From an uncultured Nitrososphaeria archaeon (GTDB lineage: Archaea > Thermoproteota > Nitrososphaeria_A > Caldarchaeales > Wolframiiraptoraceae): DNA of 43,621 bases. The translations under genes and the position numbers were made by a program. Numbering within the stretch: position 1 is the first letter of the stretch; the number at the start of each line of letters is the position of its first letter. Where the stretch lies: NCBI GenBank assembly GCA_964540045.1, contig CAZILE010000001.1, forward strand, positions 1 through 43,621, written 5' to 3'. Shown piece by piece: positions 1-9,822 of the stretch. The notes beneath the pieces were generated by a model. It saw only the letters and a program-made list of their open reading frames with translations. It was not told the DNA's origin and searched no databases.

Positions 1-1
1 T

Positions 2-160
2 GCGAAGCTTGTGGATAGCCCTGAACTGATAAACGAAGATCCATACGATAAAGGTTGGATAGCTAAGATAGAGCTGGCCGAGGAGGAAGAGGGTTTCGAG
101 GACCTGATGGAGGCGGACGAATACTCTAAATACATCGAGGATCTTGAAGAAGCAGTTTAA
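2..160 (+). CDS. gcvH: Glycine cleavage system H protein, C-terminal fragment (5' end outside window)
   Basis: Frame 2 reads AKLVDSPELINEDPYDKGWIAKIEL...EDLEEAV with TAA at 158-160. The SPELxNxDPYxxGW block is the conserved C-terminal signature of GcvH. Confidence 0.75.
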   Translation, partial: AKLVDSPELINEDPYDKGWIAKIELAEEEEGFEDLMEADEYSKYIEDLEEAV

Positions 161-172
161 GATCCTGGAAGA

Positions 173-511
173 ATGGTGCTTGTTAGAGTTCACAGGGTCT
201 CCAGCGTAAGGGACCCAGAGACTGGAAGATACGGGAAGATGATAGAGTTAGTTGAAGAGAGGAAAATCCAAGCCGCGCCGAGAATCTCGGGGGTTCCTTC
301 AGAGTCGTTTGTAATACAGTCCATGTTACAGGACCTGACAAGCTATCTTCAATCGATGGGATTCATGCCGGGATCGACGCTCAAGCCTAAGATGACTCTT
401 TTCCTTACTGAAGAAGAATATGAAATGCTAGGGGTCAGGCTCGATGTTAACGAAGTTTATGAGCTTGAATTCAAAGACGGAGTCATAAGGTTTAAGAGGG
501 CTTATGATTAG
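173..511 (+). CDS. Hypothetical small protein (112 aa), probably co-transcribed with gcvH
   Basis: Uninterrupted ORF 12 nt after the gcvH stop, with normal codon usage. I recognise no motif. Confidence 0.5.
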   Translation: MVLVRVHRVSSVRDPETGRYGKMIELVEERKIQAAPRISGVPSESFVIQSMLQDLTSYLQSMGFMPGSTLKPKMTLFLTEEEYEMLGVRLDVNEVYELEFKDGVIRFKRAYD

Positions 512-515
512 AGAT

Positions 516-1121
516 CTACTTCTTTAAAGCTTGAACTATGTATAGAATCCTCCATATGACGGTTATCAGAGTGAAGATGGAGATTAAGATTATCGCGATC
601 TCGAGAGAGGATTTGATGAAGGGAGTCAGTAGAGATGCTACGATGAGGAAGATCATGCGCTCAGCTCTTTCCATAAACCCGACGCCCTTTAACGAGACCT
701 TGAAGGGTTCCGCCCTATGCCTGACATAGCTGACCATGAGGGAGAAGGCAAGAGCAAAAGAACCCCAAAACACGTTGACCGCCCCCGAGGCAGTTATAGC
801 TATGTAGATCGCCGACTCACCAAGCTTATCGAAGACTGAGTCGAGAAATGCTCCCAGCTCGCTCGTTACTCCAAGCCTTCGAGCAACCGCTCCATCGATA
901 GCATCAAGAAATCCTGATATGGCAAGAAGAAACGCCGCAGAGATATAGTGAATGTTGGCCTTTGCCGCGAGGTAATAGAAGGATGCGGAGGCTAGAGCGG
1001 CCGCAAATGCTAATGAAGTTATTGTGATAGGCTTCACCCTCCGCTTAGCTAACCTATCTATGAAGCCTGTTGAAAGCCTCTCGAAGAACTCTTCCTCCAG
1101 CTTACGCCTCCTAGCCCCCAT
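516..1121 (-). CDS. CDP-alcohol phosphatidyltransferase family membrane protein (archaetidylserine/inositol-phosphate synthase-like)
   Basis: Exact family motif DGxxARx8Gx3Dx3D in DAIDGAVARRLGVTSELGAFLDSVFDKL. Multiple hydrophobic segments. Confidence 0.85.
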   Translation of the reverse strand: MGARRRKLEEEFFERLSTGFIDRLAKRRVKPITITSLAFAAALASASFYYLAAKANIHYISAAFLLAISGFLDAIDGAVARRLGVTSELGAFLDSVFDKLGESAIYIAITASGAVNVFWGSFALAFSLMVSYVRHRAEPFKVSLKGVGFMERAERMIFLIVASLLTPFIKSSLEIAIILISIFTLITVIWRILYIVQALKK

Positions 1122-1208
1122 GCTTCTTCAACCACCAAAGTAGAGGAGTAAATTAATGTTCCCATCTCCGGCGAACCTTATATAGAGGCATGCCGCTATA
1201 ACAGGGTA

Positions 1209-1571
1209 ATGAACTCAAGAGATCAACTTAGGCAGAAGATAGTCGAGGTTCTCAAGGAGACCTATGATCCTGAGATTCCGGTGAATATCTATGATTTAGG
1301 TCTAATTCATGGAATTAATGTAGATGATGAGGGGAACGTGGAGATCCGCATGACCCTAACCACGGCCGGATGCCCTCTTGCCGGATTACTCATCTACCGA
1401 GTGCAGGAGGAGGTTAAGAGCAAGATTCCGGAAATAAAAAAGGTTGATGTCAAGATAATCTGGGATCCGCCCTGGAGTCCCGAGAGGATTACTCCCGAGG
1501 GAAGGGAGACTCTGAAGAAGATCTACGGCTATGATGTAGTGGAAGAGTGGGTCAAGAAATATCGCTCCTGA
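1209..1571 (+). CDS. DUF59/SufT (MIP18) family Fe-S cluster assembly protein
   Basis: DPEIPVNIYDLGLI and TLTTAGCPLAG motifs typical of DUF59. A TATA-like TTATATAG lies about 30 nt upstream. Confidence 0.8.
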   Translation: MNSRDQLRQKIVEVLKETYDPEIPVNIYDLGLIHGINVDDEGNVEIRMTLTTAGCPLAGLLIYRVQEEVKSKIPEIKKVDVKIIWDPPWSPERITPEGRETLKKIYGYDVVEEWVKKYRS

Positions 1572-1652
1572 TAAAAGATTCGATAAAGTATAACCGGTCG
1601 CCTTCTTATGAGAGCATCTAAAATATCAGTTGAAGAAGTTTAATCATGTTCA

Positions 1653-4600
1653 ATGATAGACAGAGGGTACGCTGAGCTAATCGAGAAGGAGTTTCAAAAA
1701 GCCTATCGCGTCGCCACGGAAGCTCGCAGAAGAATAGGCTCGCCGACGACAGAGGTTGAGGTTCTTTTCGCCAAGGATCTAGCTGAGAGGGTTGAGCTTC
1801 TCGTTGGACCTAAAGGGGTCGCGGAGAAGATTAGAAGATATTTTGGGAAAATGTCGCAGGAGAAGCTTGCCTTCAAGCTCGCGGAAGAACTGGTCTCCGA
1901 TCTCCGTGGAAAGCTAGGCGACGAGAAGTTAATACTTCAAGTTATCAGAGCATGTTTAGCGGTCTTAACGCCTCCATGCATAACCGCTGCCCCAACCGAG
2001 GGGATTGTTGACGTGAAGATCAAGCGTAACCAGGACGGATCTAAGTATCTCGCAATATATTTCGCCGGCCCCATTAGATCGGCTGGAGGCACAGAGCTCG
2101 CATCAACCGTTCTGCTCGCGGATCATATCAGAAAATTTCTGAAACTCGATAGGTATAAACCCACGGATGAAGAAGTTCTGAGATTCATAGAAGAGCTTAG
2201 AACTTATCAAAGAAAGGTCTCAAGATTTCAATATAACGTTCCCGAAGACCTTATAGAGTTCATTCTCAGGAGACTACCAGTCGAGGTCACCGGAATAGCG
2301 ACGGACAAAATCCCAGCCTCATCTTTCAGGGATCTCCCTAGAGTTGAGACAAACTACCTTCGAGGCGGAGCTCTAAGAGTCGTGAACGATGGGATAGCAG
2401 GTAGGGCGAAGAAGGTTTGGAAGCTCGTCAAGGAACTTAAGATTGAGGGATGGGATTGGATAAGGCATGTCGTGGAGCGGATGAGCGACTTAGTTAATGA
2501 TGATGAACGAAGTTACTTGGATGAGCTCGTGGGCGGAAGACCCTTTATCTCATCTTCAAGCAGGTTCGGCGGGCTGAGGATTAGGTACGGAAGATCCTTC
2601 TCGACCGGGATCCAGGCGGTCGGCCTTCACCCACTAACCCTAAGAATCTTAGGGGGCTACCTCACGACCGGAACCCAGCTGAAACTCGACTATCCCGGGA
2701 AAGGTGGGATAGTTTCTCCCGTTGACACGATCGAGCCACCCGTGGTGATGCTCGATGACGGAAGCGTTCTCAAGCTAAGATCAGAAGATGATCTTAAACG
2801 TGTTGAGAGAAAGATCTCGAAGATATTATTCCTCGGAGATATCCTGATATCGGTGGGCGACCTAATCGAGAATAACGTGGAAGTTAAAAAGCCGGGATAC
2901 TGCGAAGAATGGTGGGCGGAAGAGCTTAGGAAAAAATTATCCGAGAATCGCTATCTGCCAAGTGATCTCCTAATACTTGCGAGATCGATTATCGAGGATC
3001 CCCTCCGCCGAAAGCCTAGTGTCGAGGAAGCAATAAGGCTAAGCGTCTTGCTCGAACTTCCACTCCATCCAGAATATCTCCCATTCTGGTGTAATGCTTC
3101 AGTCGATGAACTGGAGATCGTGAGAAGCTGGATTCAGCAGAACATTAAAGCGCTTAAGATTCTGAAGGATCACGTAATTCTTCCCTACGACGAAGCTGCT
3201 AAGAACGTGCTGACAAAGATTCTGATAGAACATAGGGTCTCTGATGATGAGATGATTCTACCCTTGACTTGGTTTAAGGTCGTTTTAGCCTGTCTTAAAC
3301 CGTTTAGCCGCCAGAGACTAGAAGGAGATAGTCCCTTCACGGCGATTGAGAGGCTTTCAGGAATACCTCAGAGGGATAAAGCTGGGTCATTCATCGGAGC
3401 TAGAATGGGGAGACCTGAGAAGGCCGCGCAGAGAAAGATGAGCCCGCCCGTCAACATCCTCTTCCCAATAGCTGATGCCGGTGGAAGCACTAGAGATCTG
3501 ATGGCCGCGGCGAAGGAGGGAAGAAGGATTGCGGTCGAGCTAGCTGCTAAAAGATGCGAGAGATGCGGTGAGATTACCTGGAGGGATAGGTGCCCAACCT
3601 GCGATCAACCCACGAAGCTTGTAGGACGATGTGAGGAATGCGGGTTTGAAACCGGTTATCTTGAGGATGCTGTATGTCCTAGATGCGGTGGCAGGGTTAG
3701 CTTCTCGAGAAAGTTTGTCGTGAATATTGGCGAGGAGCTCTACAGGGTCTTAAAGAAAATTTCCGAGCAAGCTCCGCCGAGATTAAAGGGGGTTAAGGGG
3801 CTTAACAGCGTCGCCAAGGTTCCGGAGCTTCTGGAAAAAGGGATACTTAGAGCAAAATATGACCTATATATTTACAAAGATGGGACGATAAGGTTTGATG
3901 CGACTAACGCCCCTCTAACTCACTTCACCCCAAGACAGATAGGAGTCTCCGTTGAGAAGCTGAGGGATCTCGGATACACCCACGACATACATGGAAGAGA
4001 GCTAGAGTCTCCAGATCAAGTGCTGGAGCTTAAGCTTCAAGATATAGTAATCCCGAAGAGAGCGGCCGAACATTTATTTAAGGTCTCGAAATTCATCGAT
4101 GATCTCTTGACCAAGCTCGCAGGTATGGAGCCCTTCTATGGGATGAAGTCCGCTGAAGACATGATCGGAAAGCTTGTTGTTGCATTATCCCCTCACACAT
4201 ATGCCGGCGTAATCGGAAGAGTTATAGGGTTTACGGATTCGCTTGTCTGCTTCGCTCACCCAATATTCCACGCAGCAAAGAGAAGGGATTGCGACGGAGA
4301 TGAAGATGGACTAATGCTACTCTTGGATACGCTGATAAACTTCTCGAGGCTTTACCTTCCGGGGAGAGTTGGAGGGAAGATGGACACACCCCTACTGCTA
4401 ACGGTTATAGTTGACCCGAAGGAAGTCGATGAACAAGCCCATAATCTAGATATATTTGATAGGATTCCGCTAGAATTCTATAAACTTGCGGAAAGAGGCG
4501 GGCACATCTCGGAGCTAGCGGAGAAAATTCCAACAATAAGGACTCTACTCCGGGAGAGAAAAGAGCTCAGGATGGGATATACGCATCCGCAGACAGACCT

Positions 4601-5060
4601 CGTAGCCCACCCCGTTGAATCGTCCTATAAGAGATATGAGAGCATGCTCGATAAGATCCTGGGGCAGCTTGACCTCGCTGATAAGATCGTAGCAGTTGAC
4701 GAGAGCTTCGTAGCCGAGAAGATGGTTGAAACTCATATGCTCTCGGACATCCTTGGAAACATGAGAGCATTTCTACTTCAAGGATTTAGATGCAAACGAT
4801 GCGGAGCGAGGTATAGGAGACCGCCTCTCACCAACAGCTGCCTAAACTGCGGAGGGGAGATCAGCCAAACCGTGTTCAGGGGCGCTGTAGAAAAATATGT
4901 GGAGCTCGTTGAGAGAGTTCTTCTAAAGAAGATAAAAAGTAGATATTTGATTGAAAGAATAAGCCTCGCATTAGATAACATAAAGACCACTTTCGGGGAG
5001 GAGAAGAAGGAACAAGCCTCCCTAGAAGAGTTCTTGACCGGGAAAACTACTTCGAGTTAG
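1653..5060 (+). CDS. polC: DNA polymerase II (PolD) large catalytic subunit DP2
   Basis: 1135 aa. Catalytic CDGDEDG motif (AAKRRDCDGDEDGLMLLLD). Internal Cys4 zinc modules (CERCGE..CPTCD, CEECG..CPRCG) and a C-terminal CKRCG..CLNCGG. No intein-like insertion. Confidence 0.95.
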   Translation: MIDRGYAELIEKEFQKAYRVATEARRRIGSPTTEVEVLFAKDLAERVELLVGPKGVAEKIRRYFGKMSQEKLAFKLAEELVSDLRGKLGDEKLILQVIRACLAVLTPPCITAAPTEGIVDVKIKRNQDGSKYLAIYFAGPIRSAGGTELASTVLLADHIRKFLKLDRYKPTDEEVLRFIEELRTYQRKVSRFQYNVPEDLIEFILRRLPVEVTGIATDKIPASSFRDLPRVETNYLRGGALRVVNDGIAGRAKKVWKLVKELKIEGWDWIRHVVERMSDLVNDDERSYLDELVGGRPFISSSSRFGGLRIRYGRSFSTGIQAVGLHPLTLRILGGYLTTGTQLKLDYPGKGGIVSPVDTIEPPVVMLDDGSVLKLRSEDDLKRVERKISKILFLGDILISVGDLIENNVEVKKPGYCEEWWAEELRKKLSENRYLPSDLLILARSIIEDPLRRKPSVEEAIRLSVLLELPLHPEYLPFWCNASVDELEIVRSWIQQNIKALKILKDHVILPYDEAAKNVLTKILIEHRVSDDEMILPLTWFKVVLACLKPFSRQRLEGDSPFTAIERLSGIPQRDKAGSFIGARMGRPEKAAQRKMSPPVNILFPIADAGGSTRDLMAAAKEGRRIAVELAAKRCERCGEITWRDRCPTCDQPTKLVGRCEECGFETGYLEDAVCPRCGGRVSFSRKFVVNIGEELYRVLKKISEQAPPRLKGVKGLNSVAKVPELLEKGILRAKYDLYIYKDGTIRFDATNAPLTHFTPRQIGVSVEKLRDLGYTHDIHGRELESPDQVLELKLQDIVIPKRAAEHLFKVSKFIDDLLTKLAGMEPFYGMKSAEDMIGKLVVALSPHTYAGVIGRVIGFTDSLVCFAHPIFHAAKRRDCDGDEDGLMLLLDTLINFSRLYLPGRVGGKMDTPLLLTVIVDPKEVDEQAHNLDIFDRIPLEFYKLAERGGHISELAEKIPTIRTLLRERKELRMGYTHPQTDLVAHPVESSYKRYESMLDKILGQLDLADKIVAVDESFVAEKMVETHMLSDILGNMRAFLLQGFRCKRCGARYRRPPLTNSCLNCGGEISQTVFRGAVEKYVELVERVLLKKIKSRYLIERISLALDNIKTTFGEEKKEQASLEEFLTGKTTSS

Positions 5061-6574
5061 GATGGACGAACTCCAAGCCTCACCCCTCTAAGCCTGACGT
5101 GAGGACCACCCATCCAAACCGGAACACCTTGCATAGGGTCGCCTTTTCCGCAGTAGCCTGCGAAGAATCTCACCTTCTTCCCGATCGCGTCGATCGAGGA
5201 GTAGAACTCTCTTGTCGTTAGCTCTAGGATTGGAGCCTTCACCGGGTCCCGAATCTCCCCATCAATTATTCTGTATGCCTCAACTCCCACGTATCTCTGA
5301 TTCCATCGTTTGTCATCGATGTTCCACTCCTGATAGCTTTTTATGTAGACCCCGTCTTTGATGTCTTCGAGGAGCTCCTCGAATGAATAATCTCCGGGCT
5401 TCATATATGTAGTGGACATCCTTATTATTGGCTCGTAGTCAAAGCCCGCCGACCTCGCAGCCCCGTTACTCTTCACTCCGAACTCCGCGGCTGTCTCTCG
5501 ATTATGAAGAAGTTCTTTCAGGGTTCCATTCTCGATAAGCTTCCGCTCCCTCCCCTTCACCCCTTCATCATCGTAAGGCGAATAGCCGAAGGATCTCGGG
5601 ATTGATGGATCGTCAACGATTGTTACGAGATCGGATCCTATTTTAGACCCGAGGAGCTCGGGTTTTATGTAGCTCTCGCCCCCCTGAGCTGCCTCTCTTC
5701 CTAAAACCCTATCAGCCTCTCCAGGATGACCAGCGGACTCATGACAAGCTATTCCAACAACTTCCGGGCCTAAAACAACGTCGACGATTTTCTGCGAGGG
5801 AGATTCTCCGTGAACTAAAATTGATGAGATGCGCTCGACTTCTTCGGGTAGCTTCTCGAGGAGGTTCCAAGCCTCAATAGCCTCCCATCCCCTTGACTCT
5901 CCTAGATGCTGAAATCTCTGAAGGCTTCCATGCTGTGGAGAGTATAATGTCAGGAAGTATTCAAAGAAGGATCGGGGCACACTCATGTAGATGTCCGCGC
6001 CGTCGCTGTTCACTACACGTTTCTCCGTATCCATCCTCCCAATCTCAAAAAGTCTTGAAGAAACCTTGACCCCGAACCTCTCTCCAGCCTCTAAGACCAC
6101 CTTGTCTACCTCTTTCAGAAAATCTACCTTCGCATCTAGATCAACCGCCTCGAATCTTATCCTAGTCTTCAGCTCGACCGCGGCCTTCGAGAGATCCTCC
6201 TCGCTCAACCTAATCTTGCTCTTCCTCATTCGAGATGAGGTCTTAGCCATCGAGTAAGCTGCTCGTGCTATCTTTCTAAGAGAACCCTTGTTTAGAGAGA
6301 CTGTTGAGGCGAAACCCAGTGTGCCATCTACCAGAACTCTTACACAGATTCCCTCATCTATGGATTTAGCGGAGACCTGTGGAACGCCATTCTTCAAGAT
6401 AACAGTCTCGGTTAGATCTTTTTGATATCTGGCCTCAGCATACTCGGCGCCGAGCCTCAAAGATACATCAATCACGAACTCTAGGAGGTCTTCAACCATC
6501 CGGATCAAAGGAAAATTCGGGGAGGAGAAATTAAAAGATGTCTCGAGGAAGTCAGGCGGTTGTTCCATCATCAC
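5057..6574 (-). CDS. tldD: TldD/PmbA family metalloprotease
   Basis: HESAGHPGEADR (HExxxH) motif and TldD-like length and C-terminal GxC..GG region. The annotated start is GTG at 6574, immediately followed by two ATG codons. Confidence 0.85.
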   Translation of the reverse strand: MMMEQPPDFLETSFNFSSPNFPLIRMVEDLLEFVIDVSLRLGAEYAEARYQKDLTETVILKNGVPQVSAKSIDEGICVRVLVDGTLGFASTVSLNKGSLRKIARAAYSMAKTSSRMRKSKIRLSEEDLSKAAVELKTRIRFEAVDLDAKVDFLKEVDKVVLEAGERFGVKVSSRLFEIGRMDTEKRVVNSDGADIYMSVPRSFFEYFLTLYSPQHGSLQRFQHLGESRGWEAIEAWNLLEKLPEEVERISSILVHGESPSQKIVDVVLGPEVVGIACHESAGHPGEADRVLGREAAQGGESYIKPELLGSKIGSDLVTIVDDPSIPRSFGYSPYDDEGVKGRERKLIENGTLKELLHNRETAAEFGVKSNGAARSAGFDYEPIIRMSTTYMKPGDYSFEELLEDIKDGVYIKSYQEWNIDDKRWNQRYVGVEAYRIIDGEIRDPVKAPILELTTREFYSSIDAIGKKVRFFAGYCGKGDPMQGVPVWMGGPHVRLRGVRLGVRPS

Positions 6575-6661
6575 CCTCTTCTTCAGCCGATGCGGGCTAT
6601 CATCACGTCAATCATCAGGTTTTAGGTCTTTCAATTTAAGACTTTCCCAGGGTGAGGGTGC

Positions 6662-7636
6662 TTATCGCTGAGTAACGCTTCTGAAAACATCGTCCCAGAC
6701 CCTGAAATTTTTAAGCTTACCGAGCGTGGATATGAATGCGCCCACCGGCCCATAGAGCTCACTAAGCCTCTCAAGGACCTCGAGATAACTTTCGGCGAGA
6801 CCCCTTAAATTATCTGAGACCTCAGCGATCGGTATGCTTATGGCCTTAGAGAACTTGTATATCTGTTCCTTATCGGCTAGGAGAAAGCCAACAAAGATGG
6901 GCATGTTTACATCAGCCTTCCTTAGAGCTTCTAAGAGCTTTTCTACTGGCTCCGGCTCGAAGATGAGCTGGGTTATGAAGAACTCCGCGCCGGCTTCAGC
7001 CTTCCTCAAGGCTCGGGAGAGCTCTATTCTAAGGGGGATGTATGGATTTAACCCCGCTCCGACTTGGAGCTTGAGCTTGTATGAAAGAGGGTTTCCCCGC
7101 TCGTCTACTCCGTAGTCGGATAACAGCCTCGTCAGGTATATCAATCTGATCGAGTCCAAGTCGAAGACCGGTGTGGAGCCCTCTTCGGATCCGAGGCGTG
7201 GGTGATCTCCGGTTAGGGCTAAAACATGTTCTACGTTATTGAAGTAGAGGCCTAGAAGTCTGGATTTTATTGCTAGGCGGTTAAGATCGCGGCAGGTGAG
7301 ATGAGCAATTGCCTCGCATCCCAGAACTTTCTTTGCATAGGCAGCGAAAGTCGATGACTCCATGTGAAGGCTTGCGAGCGGATTGTCCGGAATGCTTATA
7401 GCCGCCATCGACAGACCTTTAAGGAATCGAAGCTTCTCTGCTGATCCAAGGCTGGGAGGAATCTCCGCGATCCACACCAATTCTTTCCCAGCTCTCGAAA
7501 GGAGCTTGGTGAAATATCTCCTCTTGCCGAGCTTTGGTCTGAAGGTAAACCCGGAGTCTAGAATCATCCTGGAGGGATATTTCTCGAAGAAAACGCATCT
7601 CGAGCCCCCGAGCTCGCACATTCCATTCGCTCTCAT
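6662..7636 (-). CDS. metF: Methylenetetrahydrofolate reductase-like protein
   Basis: AHLTCRD motif, LALTGDHP and the TIM-barrel MTHFR layout. About 50-aa N-terminal extension containing MCELGGSRC. The true start may be internal. Confidence 0.7.
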   Translation of the reverse strand: MRANGMCELGGSRCVFFEKYPSRMILDSGFTFRPKLGKRRYFTKLLSRAGKELVWIAEIPPSLGSAEKLRFLKGLSMAAISIPDNPLASLHMESSTFAAYAKKVLGCEAIAHLTCRDLNRLAIKSRLLGLYFNNVEHVLALTGDHPRLGSEEGSTPVFDLDSIRLIYLTRLLSDYGVDERGNPLSYKLKLQVGAGLNPYIPLRIELSRALRKAEAGAEFFITQLIFEPEPVEKLLEALRKADVNMPIFVGFLLADKEQIYKFSKAISIPIAEVSDNLRGLAESYLEVLERLSELYGPVGAFISTLGKLKNFRVWDDVFRSVTQR

Positions 7637-7693
7637 CCCCCCGCACGGCCCATTCAGAACATGTTTAGGACAACCCTTCAGCTTTCAGCCCCC

Positions 7694-8482
7694 CTAAACC
7701 ACTCTCACTCTCAAGTATCTGGATTTCCTCAGGGCGAGATAGAGGTTAAATGCTATGATCGATGAGAATAAAATCATAAAGCCTCTTTCAGCAAGAGCCA
7801 CCGGAATCGCGGCCAAGTATACTCCAGCAAGCGCGCTCGGTTCAAATGAATGGAGCATATATCTAAAGACTATTATCGCGGCCAGACTCCCGTAAAGGTG
7901 GTCTGCGAAGATCCCAGCAGCGCACCCAGCTAAAACTCGGAGAACTATGAGGAGCATGGCCCGGCCTCCGCTCAGCTTAAGCATTAGGCTGCTGAAAACC
8001 ACCAGCAACATCGTTGCGAAGTAAGGCGCTGTGAAGAGCGCCGCAATCCTACCGACATCCGTCGCAAACCAGCATACCAGCAGAGCTGTATACATCGCCA
8101 TCGAGTAGAGCCATTTGGGAACTCTTAGGAGGCTTCCCCGATCAAATACGAGTGAAGAGGCTAATGAGCCTAGAGGCGCAGCGAATACTGTTACATAGCT
8201 GAAGATGCTGTATTTTCCAGGGAGGAGGAGCATGGCCATGATGGTTCCGAGGAATATTGATGAAGGCGCAAGAGCGTGGCCGAGAACGAGCCCATAAACC
8301 GGTGATAGGGCGGTGGCGATCTCGATCTTGACCCCGGGAAACCCAAAGGCCGGAATTCCTGGAAGCATCTTCAATATGACCATGTAGAGGGAGCTAAAGC
8401 TCGCCAGCAAAGCCGCATTCAAGCTAATCCGCCTAGCCATCGGCTTAGACATCGTCAGAATCAGGCATCTCTCAGGCCACAA
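7694..8482 (-). CDS. Polytopic membrane protein of unknown function (possible vitamin/C1-cofactor transporter component)
   Basis: About 6-7 hydrophobic helices and no catalytic motif recognised. Located between metF and glyA. Confidence 0.5.
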   Translation of the reverse strand: MWPERCLILTMSKPMARRISLNAALLASFSSLYMVILKMLPGIPAFGFPGVKIEIATALSPVYGLVLGHALAPSSIFLGTIMAMLLLPGKYSIFSYVTVFAAPLGSLASSLVFDRGSLLRVPKWLYSMAMYTALLVCWFATDVGRIAALFTAPYFATMLLVVFSSLMLKLSGGRAMLLIVLRVLAGCAAGIFADHLYGSLAAIIVFRYMLHSFEPSALAGVYLAAIPVALAERGFMILFSSIIAFNLYLALRKSRYLRVRVV

Positions 8483-8514
8483 GCTTATAAGTTATTTTCT
8501 GGGAGCAAGCTGAG

Positions 8515-9822
8515 GTGAAGGATATGAGCGGAGAAGATGAGCTGAAGAATCTATTAAACTTGATTAGACTTCACAACGTTTGGAGGAGGAACGAGTGCAT
8601 AAATCTGATAGCATCTGAGAACGTTACATCCCCCTTAGTCGACGCAGTTTATCTCTCGGACGCCATGCACCGATACGCGGAGGGTCTTCCGTTCAAGCGC
8701 TTCTATCAAGGTACGAAATATGTTGATGAGATTGAGGAGAAAGTCTCAAAGATCTTCACTAAGCTCTTTGAAGCTAGGTACGCTGATGTCAGACCGATCT
8801 CTGGGACGATCGCGAACGCCACGGTCTTCACGGCCTTGGCCAAGAGCGGGGACGAGGCCGCAGTAATCCCTCTTCCGGGAGGAGCTCATGTAAGCCATTC
8901 GAAGTACGGAGTTCTCGGAAGGCTTGGGATAAAGCCCATTGAGCTGCCGATAGTCCCGGAGGAGCTGATCATCGACGTGGATAAAGCGATAAAGCTGATC
9001 AGAGAAAGATCGCCTAGAATGGTGGTTCTCGGAGCAAGCGTCATAATGTTCCCACATCCGGTAAAAGAGATCTCGGAAGTCGTCAAGGAGATTGGGGCAC
9101 GGCTGATCTTCGACGCCGCACATGTCTTAGGTCTAATAGCGGGGAGGACTTATCCCAATCCATTGGCAGATGGAGCTGATGTCGTATCAACATCAACGCA
9201 CAAGACTTTTCCCGGGCCTCAGGGAGGAGCAGTAATTACGGATGAAAGCGAGATCTATGAGAGAGTCTCTAAGATAGTCTTCCCGGTCTTCGTCTCAAAT
9301 CATCACCTCCACAGACTGGCGGCCCTCGGGGTCGCGGCGCTCGAGATGGAGAAGTTCGGAGAGGCTTATGCGGGCCAGATTCTCAGAAACTCTAGAAGGC
9401 TTGCGGAAGAGCTTCACTCTAGAGGATTTAAGGTTCTCGGCGAGGATAAAGGTTTCACTAGGACACATCAGGTTCTTCTAGATGTTAAGAAGAATGGTGG
9501 AGGAGCCAGATGTGCCAAGGCTCTTGAAGAAGCGAACATAATCGTGAATAAGAACATCTTACCTTGGGATAAGCCGAGCGATATTAAGAACCCCTCTGGG
9601 ATGAGGATCGGAGTCCAGGAAGTTACTAGGATGGGGATGAGGGAGGGGGAGATGGAGGAGATCGCGGAGTTTATTCACCGAGTGATAAAGAAGGAAGATG
9701 ACCCGAGCGGGGTTCGCAAAGACGTGATCGAGTTTAAGAGTAAATTCAATAAGATACATTACACATTTGATGTGGATGCTGAGAAGATTGCCAAGGAGAT
9801 ATGCTCCCTCATCTCATGCTAG
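8515..9822 (+). CDS. glyA: Serine hydroxymethyltransferase
   Basis: LIASENVTSP and the PLP-lysine motif STSTHKTFPGPQGG. Length 435 aa. Confidence 0.95.
   Translation: MKDMSGEDELKNLLNLIRLHNVWRRNECINLIASENVTSPLVDAVYLSDAMHRYAEGLPFKRFYQGTKYVDEIEEKVSKIFTKLFEARYADVRPISGTIANATVFTALAKSGDEAAVIPLPGGAHVSHSKYGVLGRLGIKPIELPIVPEELIIDVDKAIKLIRERSPRMVVLGASVIMFPHPVKEISEVVKEIGARLIFDAAHVLGLIAGRTYPNPLADGADVVSTSTHKTFPGPQGGAVITDESEIYERVSKIVFPVFVSNHHLHRLAALGVAALEMEKFGEAYAGQILRNSRRLAEELHSRGFKVLGEDKGFTRTHQVLLDVKKNGGGARCAKALEEANIIVNKNILPWDKPSDIKNPSGMRIGVQEVTRMGMREGEMEEIAEFIHRVIKKEDDPSGVRKDVIEFKSKFNKIHYTFDVDAEKIAKEICSLISC

Noticed and set aside
1653-5060. Possible intein or frameshift in the PolD large subunit, and internal minus-strand ORFs at 4545-4990.
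   Set aside because: There is a single uninterrupted 1135-aa frame of normal DP2 length with contiguous conserved motifs. The antisense ORFs are short and motif-free.
6581-6620. C/D-box-like strings on the minus strand upstream of tldD (CUGAUGA, 5 nt, GUGAUGA, 13 nt, CUGA).
   Set aside because: There is no D' box, only a 5-nt first spacer, and a pyrimidine before the first UGAUGA. The motif lies in the predicted 5' leader next to the GTG-ATG-ATG start cluster, so the UGAUGA strings are plausibly coincidental.
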